NCBI GenBank assembly: GCA_965235115.1
Contig: OZ249448.1
Span: forward strand, 23,436,001-23,500,000
Reading direction: 5' to 3'
Origin: Laetmonice hystrix
Taxonomy: Eukaryota
Length of the DNA: 64,000 nucleotides
Position 1 is the first letter of the stretch; the number at the start of each line of letters is the position of its first letter. The notes under the pieces were generated by a model that was not told where the DNA came from, ran no database searches, and was given only the letters and a program-made list of their open reading frames with translations. This document shows positions 1-14,160 of the stretch, one piece after another. A program made the translations under genes and the position numbers.

Positions 1-598
1 ACCGTACAGAGCACTGTCGTCACCAGTGTTACCATGGCTGTGTGAACTCTGTGTGAGTGTCAGTGTACTTCCATCCGTCACCTTGGGAACCATGACATGT
101 CTGATGTCACCGTACAGAGTACTGTCGTCACCAGTATGTGTTACCATGGCTGTGTGAACTCTGTGTGAGTGTCAGTGTACTTCCATCCGTCACCTTGGGA
201 ACCATGACATGTCTGATGTCACCGTACAGAGCACTGTCGTCACCAGTATGTGTTACTGTGGCTGTGTGAACTCTGTGTGAGTGTCAGTGTACTTCCATCC
301 GTCACCTAGGGAACCATGACATGTCTGATGTCACCGTACAGAGCACTGTCGTCACCAGTGTTACCATGGCTGTGTGAACTCTGTGTGAGTGTCAGTGTAC
401 TTCCATCCGTCACCTTGGGAACCATGACATGTCTGATGTCACCGTACAGAGCACTGTCGTCACCAGTGTTACCATGGCTGTGTGAACTCTGTGTGAGTGT
501 CAGTGTACTTCCATCCGTCACCTTGGGAACCATGACATGTCTGATGTCACCGTACAGAGCACTGTCGTCACCAGTATGTGTGGCTGTGTGAGTGTCAG
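1..598. repeat. Tandem array, 108/112-bp unit, about 5.4 copies, truncated by the window start
   Basis: Seen: the unit accgtacagagcactgtcgtcaccagt... restarts at 1, 109, 221, 333, 441 and 549. The 112-bp variants carry a TATG insertion. Confidence 0.97.
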
Positions 599-3381
599 AC
601 GCCGTGTAGGAACCGCAGGCTTGACGCGGGGGTTGGAGGTTGGGGGGGTCGGGAGGGGTGCGCAGGGTGCGTACACTTACCCCCACAGCTCCACGCTCCC
701 GCTGACTTCAAAAACTGCATGCAGTCATTGGAGAACTATGCACATCCTCACCCTGCAAGCTGTCCTTATTTTCAAAATGCTTAGTGCATACATATTTTGA
801 ACATCAGGAAAAAGAAAATTAAAAGATTAATACTGTAATTTTATACAAATTTATCCTGCATACGAGTCTGTGATAGATCCTAAATCCGTCGGTGGAGACA
901 AATCAGCACACAGGTGGTCCAGTACATGAGGCACCCAGGTGGAGGCCCAGTTCTTTTAGTTCAGGAATACTGTAACTTTCCCCTCAATGACCTCCGCTTG
1001 TCATGTCATGATGTGTGATGGACCAGCACCCCAGGATCCACTGCCCTACTTTAACCTTTGACCTCGGCACATATTCTGTCTATGGTGACAACTGCGCACG
1101 CTGGTGCTCCACTTGCAACAGAACACCCTCACAAAACAAAACCTACCCTTCGGTTAGTGCATCTCAGGGCGAGCACCGACAAAGGAGTCGCTCAGACCAA
1201 ATCCTGGGGTGTGTAAGTACTTAGAAGTTCAGGAGAGAATGGAAGGTTAAAAAGTTACAAGAAGAGGGAGTCATTTAGGCTGTGTTCAGACTTTGTGAGG
1301 AAAGGGTGACTGAAAGACTAATGGGTCTTTCAGGGAAGAGTGTGAGGCAGGGTGCTGAGAAATCCCCCCCCCCCCCCAGGTAACATTTCCAGAGGCAGAG
1401 CTAGTGAGAGTGATGAGTTTCTTTGGGATGTCTGGGCCCGGTTTTTAGTTTGATATTTTACCAATTTTAAGACTGACTTGTGTTATGACCAGTCTCTCTT
1501 CGGTTGACTTCATTTGAAGGACCAATCAGAAACTCTGAAACAAGAGTTTGGATGGGAGGTCTGGGACTAGGAGCCTGGAATAAGCGATAGAGTCAGGGGC
1601 AGTGGTAGTGATGTAGGCTACCCCATCCAAATTATAACGCTGTATGTTTCTGTTGTATCTATGACCTGTCTGGAACTGTGTTCTCGCAAAATAATGTACA
1701 ACACGTACACATTTACCACAATATAAGTTCACGTGAGCTGAGGGAGAGAAATGACGGTTCGTTTCACGTTGTCTTGCAGTCCCAACTGTAACGGTTGTGA
1801 GACCCAGTCGTAGAGGTTCTGTTGAGGACACAGTAGAACGGGCCAGTGGTGTTGGTCCATGCACACTGTCGCCGCACCGAGTTCAGGCCAGAGTTCTCCC
1901 TCACAGATAAGAATCTTTTCTCAGGTTTCCGATGGTAGACCGGCCTGCTGCCGACTGCGGGATGATACCTCTACCCCAGGCAGGGAGAACGGATGCTAGG
2001 TCACCTTGGATTAGACAAGTGTACATCAGCTGGTACTTCTGGGGCAACTAGATACCGGGGATGGATACCACTGGATGGGGGGTGGGGGTGTTTTGGGGGA
2101 GATAGCCTTTGATGTGCACTGGTGGGGTCAAGGTCATGGCCTGGAGGGTCACTGGCTCCCAAACAATTTGTTGCTGTCCTGCAGGGTATTTTAAAAAGGT
2201 GACAATTGCAACTTACACCTAGGATTTTATGTGACCTCCTAGTCCTAGTTATCAGCTTTGCAAGGCTGCCAGATTTACTTTATCAGCATATCTGTCAGGG
2301 TTACTGCGATAAATCACAGAAGGAAAGTAGGTCAACTCGAGGAATAGTTACCAATATTTCTGACAAACTATTTTGGAAACATATTGCATGTACATGTTCA
2401 TTGTGTTGGAAAGATTAAGCATTATTTATAGATAGATCTGTTGATTGATAGGAAAGGTCCAAGTCTAAAGCTGGATTAAACAGTTAAGAATATTATGTAA
2501 CGTAGGTAATTATTTGTCAAAGGTTTCACGTGAAAATAACCGGGTTCAGATATCGTGCCACCTGGAAGAGGACTAAGCCTCAGGATTATAGCGTACATAC
2601 ATGTACAATATACAGCATTTAATGTTGCATGTATACTGACTATTTTAATATTTGCCTTGAACTTGGCATAAAAGTTCTTGGTTCCCTTAATGTCTCTATT
2701 GAAACCGAACACTTCTTTTATTTACAGGCGTAAGCACTATTACATTTAAGGCCAAAAACTAACCAAGAAAATCTAGAAAAAGTCTATCCAGGAAAAAGTA
2801 AAATTAATATTAATAATTACTAAATCTTCATCTTTCTGTCGCCATAGAAAAAAAGGTGGATATTATTAAGTATACCAGCACAACATAGAAAACACAGGCT
2901 CTAACAACCCTACAGCTCTTTCAAACAAGAACCTCTGGCGCTGTATATTTATGCAAACAATATTTTGTATTCTAGATAATTTAATGAGTGTCATACAAGA
3001 GGGGGTAGACTAGACTCTCTGGGGGCGGGTTTTTTGTTTGTTCGTCCGGGGGTGTTTCCGTTCAACCGTGACGGGTTGACGCTAGGGGTGGGGCCGTGTG
3101 ATCAGAGGGACTGAAACAGCCGCTGAGTTGTTCCGACTCAGCGCCTGCCCAGACTAAACCCCACTTTACGCATACATTACCGGCGTATTGTGCTTCATGT
3201 GTGTCTGTGTGAAGTAAAAACCGTGGTAACTGGATGGTGGGTTGAGTGGGAAGCTGAAGTGGGGACCCATGGAGGTGTGGAGGTGGATGGCCGGCGTGTC
3301 ATCCCGACATAAAGAGGGGCGGGCAGGCTGAGAGTGCAGACTGGTGTACTAGCACAATACGACCTCCTTCACACGGGTTAG

Positions 3382-3565
3382 CCCCCATACTAACATAACC
3401 ATGAATTTTAGAGTGGCTTTTAGGGTGAGAACCATGGCTGGGGGGGGGGCGGCTTTTATATGGGTCTGAGGACCGAGAGTAGGGGTTAGGGTTAGGTTTG
3501 GGGTTGGGAATAATTATAGATTTCTAGTTGTTGTCCCAAACTTCTGTGGAGAATCTACCATGGGG
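3382..3565. mobile_element. MITE-like element of the same family, opposite orientation
   Basis: Seen: left cccccatactaac, right tctaccatgggga. The interior gaggaccgagagtaggggttagggttagg resembles the reverse complement of the 31602-32214 unit. Confidence 0.55.
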
Positions 3566-5164
3566 AATGAACGGTTACCTGTCAGGCAGCACGGCGCGGT
3601 CACTGCTATAAGGACCAATCCAAACATAGCGGGTGTGAACACACAGGGACGTAAAGTGCCCTCAATGTCACCGTCTCAGTGGGAGACGAATTGTATCCTT
3701 AGCTGGGGTAACCATAGCAACAAAGGGACGAATGACACCCCGCCAGAGTGAGGAGTGGCAGTTTCTATGGACACAAAACCAGGATGTGGATCTCAAGGGT
3801 AGCTTCCCTGCCAGTCACCCAGACCCAATGTGTTTTTGTGTAGTGATTAAACTGGGTTTGGTTTGACCCCAGGATCAGGCAGGAGGGCCAGAACAAACAC
3901 GGAGGGAGGCTGTGAACGAGACCCACACAACGCTTTATTATTCTCCATGTCCATAATTGACTACTTTCCCCTCCCTTTATAGTCTGAGCATAATTTGTGA
4001 ATTCTTACTATAAAATTGTGAATATTGGTAATTTAAGTGGGTCAACTGGAGGATTTTAGGGTTGAACTCAGTGGTAGGATTTAAAAACCAAATTTTAAGT
4101 GATCCTGGGATACAGTGAATTCTGTGGTTTGACAGGTGAAACTTGTAAAGAATGAGATATACACATCTACAAACCAAACTGGTCAACATTCGGTTTTACT
4201 TGACTAAGAATCTTCACAAGGAATTTATTTCACGAGACAGCCAGAACGATCATGCCCAATATATAACCTGCCAATATAATTCCCTGGCACAAAAATGATA
4301 GCGTTCCCAAAATATTCAGTAAATTTTGAGCAGGTCTTTATGGGCTCATACATAAAGACCTTCATTCACACCATAGTCAGCTAACCGTTTCGGAACTTTC
4401 CAATCCATGTCTTGTTATTTCAATAGAGGAGGCATGATGACACATCACTAAATGTCACCTTCCTGCAAACCACTGAGTGCTTCCCAAGCCGTGATTGTTA
4501 TAATCTGACAAATGATGTATGGCATGAAATTGCAGTTGCTGGCACATGTACATGAAGGTGATTCTGAAAATTATGGAAATTCTTCATGCGGTCCAGAATT
4601 CCAGTACATTTACTTGAGTCTTATCAGAGCGGCTAGCACATTGTGATAGTGGGGTTATCGGTTATGTAATGGTCTACTCGAGGGAGTCGTTGGCAGGCAG
4701 AAGATAAGAGAGAGATGGATGTGAATTTGACACAATGTCACACATGGATTAATTGTCATGTGCGTGATCCTTCCAGGAGTTGACAAACGAAGATTTATTT
4801 CATTCCTAGCCACGCTTTGTTCAGAGAACGAGGGGAACTTCTGACACATATTTGTACGTTCTGATCGCGCTCGTCATATTTTAAGGCTCTTGGGTAAAAT
4901 ACCTGAACGTGAACGTGATTGGTTATCTGTTAGAATGAGACGCCGACTCCATCCTCCTCGCTTACCCTCGTTATATTCTGTCACCCAAGTATCCCCAGAC
5001 CTGTGTTTACTGCCCGACGGAAGTAAATTCCACTCAGCATGGGAGGAGCCTTATTCCCTGCTGAGGATGATGACGGCAGTGATGATGAGGATGAAGTCAG
5101 AAAGACACCCGCCACCAGCAGGTCCTTCCCTGGTCTTTTTGAAGAATGATGTTTGTTTTTTTTT

Positions 5165-5564
5165 GTTTTCACCCTGAGAGATTTCAACAATTGGTGGTTC
5201 GACGCCTTCTGAGATTTATAAACGGAATTTCATCTCAAATGTCTTTTTGAAGACTGGCCATTTTATTTAAGAAGTGCTGCAACCCATGCTCCCGGGTGAA
5301 GATGGGGAGGCACCTATGCCTGCAGGCAGTAACTGGAACATGTCTCAGCTCAGTAGTACTGGAGTACGCTGAGATACGGCCAAGGAAATAAAAAAACCGA
5401 TTGCTATAGCTCGGCGTGCTGAGAGCAGCGCTTCGCTAAAAACACTTGATTGATGTGACCCAGGACAGTATGTTTGTACCTTGGTGTTGTTTTTGGTTTT
5501 CATCCTGAGAGATTTCAACACTTGGTGGTCCGACGCCTTCTGAGATAAACGGAATTCATTTCAA
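5165..5564. repeat. Diverged direct repeat of about 70 bp (5165-5238 and 5496-5564)
   Basis: Seen: gttttca(c/t)cctgagagatttcaaca(a/c)ttggtggt(t/c)cgacgccttctgagat...aaacggaatt in both places, 331 bp apart. Confidence 0.85.
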
Positions 5565-8500
5565 CTGTCGCTAACAATTTTCTTTAAGCAAAAGAAAAAA
5601 CGAACTTCCTGCCAAAAAGTTAGATAAAAGATCTGCTCACATTCCATATTGACTGTTTTACGTGTACTACCACTATTTATTTCTCTGATAGCTGTAGGGC
5701 AGTACCAAGGCACTGTGGCGGAGGGAGGGTAACAGAAGACCCCAGTACTGGTTATCAGGACGGTACCAATAGAGAATTGTGCTGGGAAAAAGTCCTCAAA
5801 GATATAGTGGTGCCAGTGGGAGTAGTAAAGTAAGAATTGCCAGACGAGGGTCCTGTGGAGAGGAAGTACTCTAGGAAAGGGAGATCCTGAAATAAAACTA
5901 AAGGCATTCCATTAGACAGAATCTCTGACAAAATCACAATCAGGATATCAAACCTAACGCCCCTCCTAACTTATCAATGCACATCAAATGTTTAGAGCAA
6001 AGTTTTTACGAGGCCCTCGAAGGCCACAGTCCGAGTTTTTGTTATGCTTTGTATCTTCTAAATTTTCACGCTTAAAGGTTTTTTTACTTTGTGGGTTTCT
6101 GTCAGAAAACTTAATTCTCCACTTTCATGAGCCCTGTGTGAAGTGAAAGGAGAGTTGGATGCCCAAAGTCGTATCAGACGGTGCCTGAAGGTATCTTATA
6201 GAAACGTCTGTGTTCGCGGAGAAGTAAGCAGAGCTGAGGAGGAAAGTTTGCCAATGACTATAGATTAAGCAGTACCAGAGGTGAATTAGTACCAATAATT
6301 AGTACTTTTAACGATAATAAATAATCTCTTACAGCCTATGTCAAGCATCAGTGCACCTGTTGGGAGTGATCAATGTACTCGTAGTATACCTTGAGGGTAA
6401 GAAGAATGTAGTGAAGGCATGCTAGTAGAGGTAGGCGGCACCCTTGATGTATTCTGGAGAGCCTCTCCTGGCAGCCTGCCAGCCAGGTATATGTGTTACC
6501 TAGCTTCCATGTTTTTAAACGGTTACCATGACATCGGCTGTCAAACGCCGCCTTGGTCGTGTCTGTCTGCGCCCTGCAAACCTCACTTTTCATCATTAGC
6601 TGACGCCTGTGTCAATGTCCGTACCTGGTCTTCACAAGACTCATCACATTGCAGAAAACTCCCTGCCTATAATTTCATAGATACCGTGTTTTTTATACAA
6701 CATTCTGAACTCTGTCGGTGATCGTTTCCTTTAATGAATCAAAGCAGACATTCTATCAATTGTGTTTGTATGAGGCTGCAGTATGTAAACAAATACCAGG
6801 TCACGTCACAAGGAACACAAGGTTCTCTAGAGCAATAACGTTTATTTCTATCATTATTGTCTAAATTTCATGTACAGATCCTCTAAAATAGAGTTGGTTT
6901 TCATTATCAGACCTTGCAGTGAAACCTCAGCTGTGCTGGATCCTGGCCAGTGTTAATATAGAAATCGTGAAGGCAGCCAAGTTATTTCATGGTACTCAGC
7001 TCATCAAGTCCTCAATTCGGATGACCAGACAGTCATTGTTGCTAAAGTGACAAACCAGACGAGGAACTCGCCTGATTATTATTTCAGCGTTCATTGGTTC
7101 TGGGATTAAATTTATGGATGGTAATTTACGGGCCAAAATTGTTGTTAAATCTGTGTGCACTGGCTTTGTTTTTAATGCTGGATAATGGCAGAATCTACTT
7201 TGTCTTGATGAAATGATAAATACAGTCATAATTGGGGAGATTTGAAAGAAAGTTTCCGTTATTTACTGTTCTCGTATTGTGAAGTTGAAGGGCATGTACC
7301 ATACGTGTCACCACTTGGGCAATCTTGTTTCGAGAATTGCTTATTTTTGCTGTTCGAGATTCATGACTTGAGCCTCCGAAATTACAGCGAATTTTAGTTT
7401 TTTGTTAAAATGGGTAGGCCTATCTTGAAATTTGGATCTTTATTGGGTTGCATGAATAGAGAGGGAAAGCTAGCATAAATTGCTAGTGTACCGTAATAGA
7501 CAGTTAAGAGTGGTAATGTTGCAATTCGCTTTTGTGTGTCCACTGTCATTGATCAATAATAATGGGAGTTCTACTTTTTCACCCAATTACTAAAATTATA
7601 AGTTTTTTTATTCTGACAGGATGATCGTGTCATAATGCACCCTGAGTGCAGATGAAATGGGGGCACAGTCTACGACTCGAAATTAGTTCATTGTGTTTCA
7701 GCTCAGTTTTCATACATTCTCAGTAATTACCATCATAAAAGGAGAAGGTGTGGCAGATAGAAAAAGGGAGCAAATTATTTAAGGACATTTGATAAAATAG
7801 GACAGATATTTAAAAAATGCAACAATACAGCAGGCTCAAGCACAAGTTCAGTGGAAACTTGACTGGAGGTGTAGAAGAATAGGTCATGTGGGCTGTTGTT
7901 GAAACGATTGTTGTGCACCCAAGTTCATTTGTTTTTACTTGGATGCCAAACTGCCTGCTATTATGAACTGCCTCTTGATAGCAATAATTAAAGGTGTAAA
8001 GACTTCTGATGTGCAGCTGACAGAGGCCTCAGCAAGGATGATCTTTTGAAGGTCCTTTTATTATGAAGTAGCCATTTAGATCTGAGTATGATTGTTGAAA
8101 GGACCAGAGGGCAGACCGCTATCTTCAAAAGACTGGGGAACTATTCCCTAGACATGAAACATACGAGTTCCCTGTGTCATTTGACTGGTGTACATTACTT
8201 TACCCTTTAATACTTCACAATCCGAACAGAGTTTCTGGTGACCTCTTCTACCATTTTCTATAAATTTAAAATGATTCAGTAATCGGTATGTTTGACAATC
8301 CGAACACATTTTAATGGCACCACGCTGGATAAACGAGGTCTGTATTTGAAGTAATGAAATGACTTCAGCAATTAACACGCAAGTATCACAGTAAGTTCCA
8401 GGGGAAGGTGGATTGTGGAGTTTTCTCCTGGGATCTCGGTACAGCCAGTCAGAGGTTTCCTACTCTGGTCACAGGGTCAGCTGTTGGATCATGATCATTG

Positions 8501-8675
8501 CTTGGACTTGTTCCCGTTAGATTTCTAGTTTCAGTGATATAATTATTGGTTGGAGCACCTCATTCAGTGGTGATCCAAGAAATTTGTTCACTGTTAGATT
8601 TCTAGTTTCAGTAATGATATAAATGATTATGAGTGATAACTTGTTAGTAAGACTTGTCGTTGGTTGTCGTTTCAG

Positions 8676-9498
8676 GGCTGACGTGTTCAGTTGACCTCAG
8701 CATCGACCACAAGGATGCTGGGTACTTCCTGAAGCCTCTCTTTGGTGGCCACCAGCCATGGGGACCCAGCGTCACCGAGAGCCTCTTCATCGTCACCCAT
8801 CCCAAGGGCGTCGTCAAGGTGAAGGCTGGCTATGGTCCGTTCACGGCCGAGGAGGAGGTGGCGCCATCTTTACTCCAGCAGAGTTTGGGTAACCAATCCA
8901 TACTTCTTAACAATGTGGTCGTGGACGACATGGATGTCAGTGCGCATCTCGTCACGCGCAGCATCACCCAGGAGAGGCCCAAGTTGCAGGTGCTCTTTCA
9001 TGCTAGTCATCCCAGGGAGATTCGAAATGGGAAAAAGAACAAAAAAGTAGCATTGGAGGCTGTTGGTCACAATGAGTCGAAGTCCTGGTGCTTAAAAATG
9101 CATGTTCAGAAAGGGGAACATGAATTTACCTCAGTTTGTGAGGTGAGTCATGCAAAGGAGGTGTGCGTGGCGGAACTTTTACTGCCTGTGGAATGGTGGG
9201 ATCCACTGCATATACAAAGCGCTGATGTGTACTATTCGGTTTACCATGTAGCTGAAAGCCTACAATGTGCAAATGAGGCCAATACTATAGTTCCTGAGAA
9301 GGTAAATGAGGCCAGTGAAAGGATTAAGAGCTACATTGGAACCGTGACCTTGACCAGCGGTCAGCTGACCTTCGCGGAGTTGAAGGAGGACCAACATGTG
9401 CTTGTCTATATTCCTCAGAAGACCTTTTATCCCGGATCTACTTTTCACGTTCCTATGCAACTTCAGGCCGAGTCGGATCTAACTCTCTTTGTTGTGAG
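8676..9498 (+). CDS. TMEM132: Large N-terminal coding exon of a TMEM132-family type I membrane protein (detonator/TMEM132-like)
   Basis: Seen: long open frame (ORF 8654-9502) bounded by acceptor ttgtcgtttcag|GG (AG at 8674-8675, phase 1) and donor GTGAG|gtaagt (GT at 9499-9500, phase 2). The translation GLTCSVDLSIDHKDAGYFLK...MDVSAHLVTRSITQERPKLQVLFHAS...WCLKMHV...CEVSHAKEVCVAELLLPVEWW...YYSV...DQHVLVYIPQKTFYPGSTFHVPMQLQAESDLTLFVVR matches motifs I recall from invertebrate TMEM132 proteins (xKDxGxFLK, SAHLVT, PxLxVLFHA, CxAELxxPxxWW, YPGSxFxVPxxL). Family assignment is by recognition, not by database search. Confidence 0.88.
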
Positions 9499-12400
9499 GT
9501 AAGTTTTCACTTAGTGCACATTATACCCTGATATTAAAGCATAATGCACTCTTGCCAACCCGGCCGGCTTAGTGGATAAGGCCCTTTAGTTGTAATAACG
9601 TCCTAGCTGGTTTAATGTTTCATGTAACTTGTCAGGACTATTTGAGATATCAGACATGAAAATTTCAGCCGATGTTAAGAACATCGAGGTGTTTACTCAG
9701 TAACTTCTCAGAAGCTTATAAATCAGTTATGTTATAATCATAGGGGTTTTGAAGTATTTAGTGTCAAAATTCAACAATTCTTTTAATGCCGACCCTTATA
9801 ATATATATATGCCTCAGGTATGTTATCATGGCATAAAACCATTCTGACCTTGCATCGTCATGCCGTATCCACTAAATTCAGGATTTTTTTCATCTAATGT
9901 CAATTTCTTATGCTGCTTAAGAAACACATTGGCTCAGACTGTAAAGGAGATCACTGATCTGGTATTGGATAAGTACAAAAATGGGTAAGCTGTGCTTTTG
10001 TGCCTGTTGGCGCTTCAAGGTCACAATCATCATTGTGAGGGCAAGAACATAGTGATTTAAGTTATTCCAGTGTCACACAGGTTGGAATAGCTTAGGGCAA
10101 CACTTTCATCTTAGGGAAACAACGCTATGTTTTGAGGAAAGCAGTAATATGTGGAATGAATCCACCTTGACACTTTGTATTCTAAATAGCTTCAAACTGT
10201 GTTTGAGGTAGCACACTTGAGAGTGTATTGGAATGATTTTTTGACCTTCAATTTTGAAAGTTTGAGGGACGTTGGAAACATGACATATTTTCTGGCCTGA
10301 TGCTGGCGATTTCCTGGCGCACAGCGAGCATACTCTGTGCCGCCACCATGGACAGGATGCGTGTCAGGCTAACACAGCCAGGTCAGACGTCGACAAAATC
10401 AGCATGGTGGAGAGAGATGGGAGCCATGCCAAGTCTAGTATTAGATCTACGCTAAACGTTAACCAGAGGTCGTGACATTTGGCTTTCACTGTTAATGTTA
10501 ATTGATGTCATACGAGGATTATTGTAGGAAGTGGCAGTACCCGTCACTAGAGGGTCTTAGTGTGCCTCAGAAAGGTCCTTTAGAACCACAGAGACCAGTT
10601 AATCTAAGCCCCCTCCCCTCCTCCGCCCTATATGTACCATACAGCTACACCTACAAAATTATGCAGTTATTTATGACTTTGTTCTAACTCTAAGACAGCC
10701 AAGTGAAAAAATATTGGCGCACCCCACACAGATCATAGTCAGTGAACTAAGAGTCAAGTATAGAAGAAGCAACAACCGAACTGATTGATTTGGATGAGCA
10801 GTGAAGGATTGTTTACTCGTGTCTAAGTAGGATCTTGAAAGGCCGATCAAGACGGACATGTATGCCTCACATCTCTGGTCTTCCTGCTGGTGAAGATAAC
10901 CCCAGCGGCCAGAGAAATGGGTGAATTGTCGTTAATGTGATAATCTAGTACTTTAAATATGATAAGATGAAAGAAAAAAACCCATTCATCAAACGGAATC
11001 CTGGGTGGTCAACAAATGGTGAAATGATGTTGAAATACAAAATGAACCATTGAACGCCTTACCAGTATACATACGAAATCATTTCAGAAATATTAAAGAA
11101 GGAAGGAAAGAAAAAAAACGTGTAAACTTGACTGCCATGTTATCTACTGAAGGCATGAACCTTTGACAAGTTGCCGCAATGTTTTTGGGGGTGATGACAT
11201 GTTGTGACATTATGAAGACTCAGCTCTCAGTGGAAGAACTTCAGTTTTTCGTCTTTTTTTTCTCTTTACATTAACATGTCTGTTTTTTCGCATTCTCAAG
11301 TCTGGCGTGTGGTATGTGTGTGTGTGTTGCCAGGTTGAGCTGTCGTGTCTGTTTAACTTCAAACACCTGCGGTATCTTTGTATTAGCGTCAAGGGTACTT
11401 GGTATGTCTGCCTGAGGAATGAGAGACTATTACCTCTTGGAGTGTTGAGTCCTCTCGCGAGTTTCCCGGAGGGTTGGTTTTAGAGATCACTGGACAGCAG
11501 CTCATTAAACGAGATAAGACAAGTCTTTGATCTTCTTATAAATGTATTCTTGTTTGCATTCCCTGAGGGTTTCCAGGATTGGCTTTTTATGAATCGGCAA
11601 AAATGAGAGTTTGTTGAAATCCTATCAGAAATATTCTTAATAAAAAAGTAAGTATTTATGTTGTTAAGGGAGGTGTTTTCGTGAGTGAGACTTCGTTCTG
11701 GACCCTCGAGGACAACTAAAGGGACACACATGTCGTGGTGTTGTGTGGAAGTTGTCAAATAGCTTGTTGTTGGCGGCAGGGTCGTGTCACCTTTGTTTGA
11801 GGTCAAACGAACGGAAGGCGGTACATGGTGAAACACAGAAAGTCTGGCTCAAGTGATCTATTCTGTTACTATGGAGGCAAGTCTGGAGGACGTGTCAAAT
11901 GATGCTCTCTCCAAGAGGTCAAGGCCATGGGAGATACATGTCTGATCAATTGACAGATACAAGAGCAGACATCATTTTGTCCTGTTTGAATAAGCTGAAC
12001 TGGCGTCATACTGTACGTGGCTTGTGGTCAGCTTTATTATTTTGGAGTGAGTGGGAGATAAACCAGAGGCGAATTATAGTGGAATTTCTTTCCAGCTCAT
12101 AAGGATCAGCACGCTTTAATAAATGTCTGATTCACAGAAATAAGAGGAGTCTAGAGTTTACACAAATAACATCATTTGTGTACTCAAATACGACATTCTT
12201 ATTAACTAATGCACAACATTACAGAAAAGCAATAACATTTCGGGTTGAAATGGCTGGTGAAATGTGACTCGAACACTGAGAACCTTCCGCAGACGTGTAG
12301 CACTGTCAGGTATGCCCCCAGAGTGGCCAGTGAAAGTTGTGGGTTGGTGCCTGTCAGTTGGGTTGTAAACTATGAACCCCATGAACCCGCTCACGACACT

Positions 12401-12728
12401 AGTCAGGCCCATCACACCGTGCGCCCAGCTATAGATACAGCCCAGCTGAAGTGGGCCACCTCTCCGTTGAAAGGTTCCACTACCGTGAGGCAAACACAGA
12501 CACTGGGTAATGGTTGTAGGGAGTCTCATGTTTACGCCAGGGCCAGGGGAGGGGTCGTGTAAATAGCAAGGGGCAGCTGTAGATAACGGGAAGTCAGAAA
12601 GTCTTCTGATGTTTCACTGTGGTATGATAGGATATCTTATAAACCAGGGAATGGGATAGTGTCATTTGATCAAAAGGTGTACGAGAGAGCAGCGTGGTGG
12701 GGAGTTCATAATGTAAGCTGGGCCGGGA

Positions 12729-14160
12729 TTTGTAACGGGAACTGGCCTAGTGTATCCAAGATATCATGGGTTTGTAACGGGGACTGGCCTAGTGTATGAT
12801 CCAAGATATCATGGGTTTGTAACGGGAACTGGCCAAGTGTATGATCCAAGATATCATGGGTTTGTAACGGGAACTGGCCTAGTGTACATGATCCAAGATA
12901 TCATGGGTTTGTAACGGGAACTGGCCTCTAGTGTATCCAAGATATCATGGGTTTGTAATGGGACTGGCCTAGTGTATCCAAGATATCATGGGTTTGTAAC
13001 GGGAACTGGACTAGTGTATCCAAGATATCATGGGTTTGTAACGGGAACTGGCCTAGTGTATGATCCAAGATATCATGGGTTTGTAACGGGAACTGGCCCA
13101 GTGTATGATCCAAGATATCATGGGTTTGTAACGGGAACTGGACTAGTGTATCCAAGATATCATGGGTTTGTAATGGGACTAGCCTAGTGTATCCAAGATA
13201 TCATGGGTTTGTAACGGGAACTGGCCTAGTGTATGATCCAAGATATCATGGGTTTGTAACGGGAACTGGCCTAGTGTATGATCCAAGATATCATGGGTTT
13301 GTAACGGGAACTGGCCTAGTGTATGACCCAAGATATCATGGGTTTGTAACAGAACTGGCCTAGTGTATCCAAGATATCATGGGTTTGTAACGGGAACTGG
13401 CCTAGTGTATGATCTAAGATATCATGGGTTTGTAATGGGAACTGGCCTAGTGTATGATCCAAGATATCATGGGTTTGTAACGGGAACTGGCCTAGTGTAT
13501 GATCCAAGATATCATGGGTTTGTAACGGGAACTGGCCTAGTGTATGATCCAAGATATCATGGGTTTGTAACGGGAACTGGCCTAGTGTATGATCCAAGAT
13601 ATCATAGGTTTGTAACGGGGACTGGCCTAGTGTATGATCCAAGATATCATGGGTTTGTGTTCGGGAACTGGCCTAGTGTATGATCCAAGATATCATGGGT
13701 TTGTAACGGGAACTGGCCTAGTGTATGATCCAAGATATCATGGGTTTGTAACGGGAACTGGCCTAGTGTATGATCCAAGATATCATGGGTTTGTAACGGG
13801 AACTGGCCTAGTGTATGATCCAAGATATCATGGGTTTGTAAACTGGCCTAGTGTATGATCCAAGATATCATGGGTTTGTAACGGGAACTGGCCTAGTGTA
13901 TGATCCAAGATATCATGGGTTTGTAACGGGAACTGGCCTAGTGTATGATCCAAGATATCATGGGTTTGTAACGGGAACTGGCCTAGTGTATGATCCAAGA
14001 TATCATGGGTTTGTAACGGGAACTGGCCTAGTGTATGATCCAAGATATCATGGGTTTGTAACGGGGACTGGCCAAGTGTATGATCCAAGATACCATGGGT
14101 TTGTAACGGGAACTGGCCTAGTGTCCCGCATATCCCAGACACCATAGGTTTGTAACTGGA
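12729..14160. repeat. Minisatellite, 45-bp unit (42-bp variants), about 32 copies
   Basis: Seen: ccaagatatcatgggtttgtaacgggaactggcctagtgtatgat repeated. Variants lack GAT and both ends are degenerate. Confidence 0.98.

Noticed and set aside
306-686. ORFs over the 108-bp array
   Set aside because: Open only because the unit is a multiple of 3, and the 112-bp variants break the frame.
8148-8378. Minus-strand ORF with two CSDC (CxxC) motifs
   Set aside because: Both arise from a 12-nt local repeat (acaatccgaaca). The ORF is short, AT-rich and has no splice or start context.
1-8675. Search for the TMEM132 signal-peptide exon
   Set aside because: No ATG-initiated hydrophobic segment ending at a phase-1 donor was found, so it is presumed upstream of the window.
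9540-9600. tRNA/SINE-like A-box resemblance (ggcttagtggataaggcc)
   Set aside because: No B-box or cloverleaf can be built. No tRNA or rRNA gene is supported anywhere in the window.
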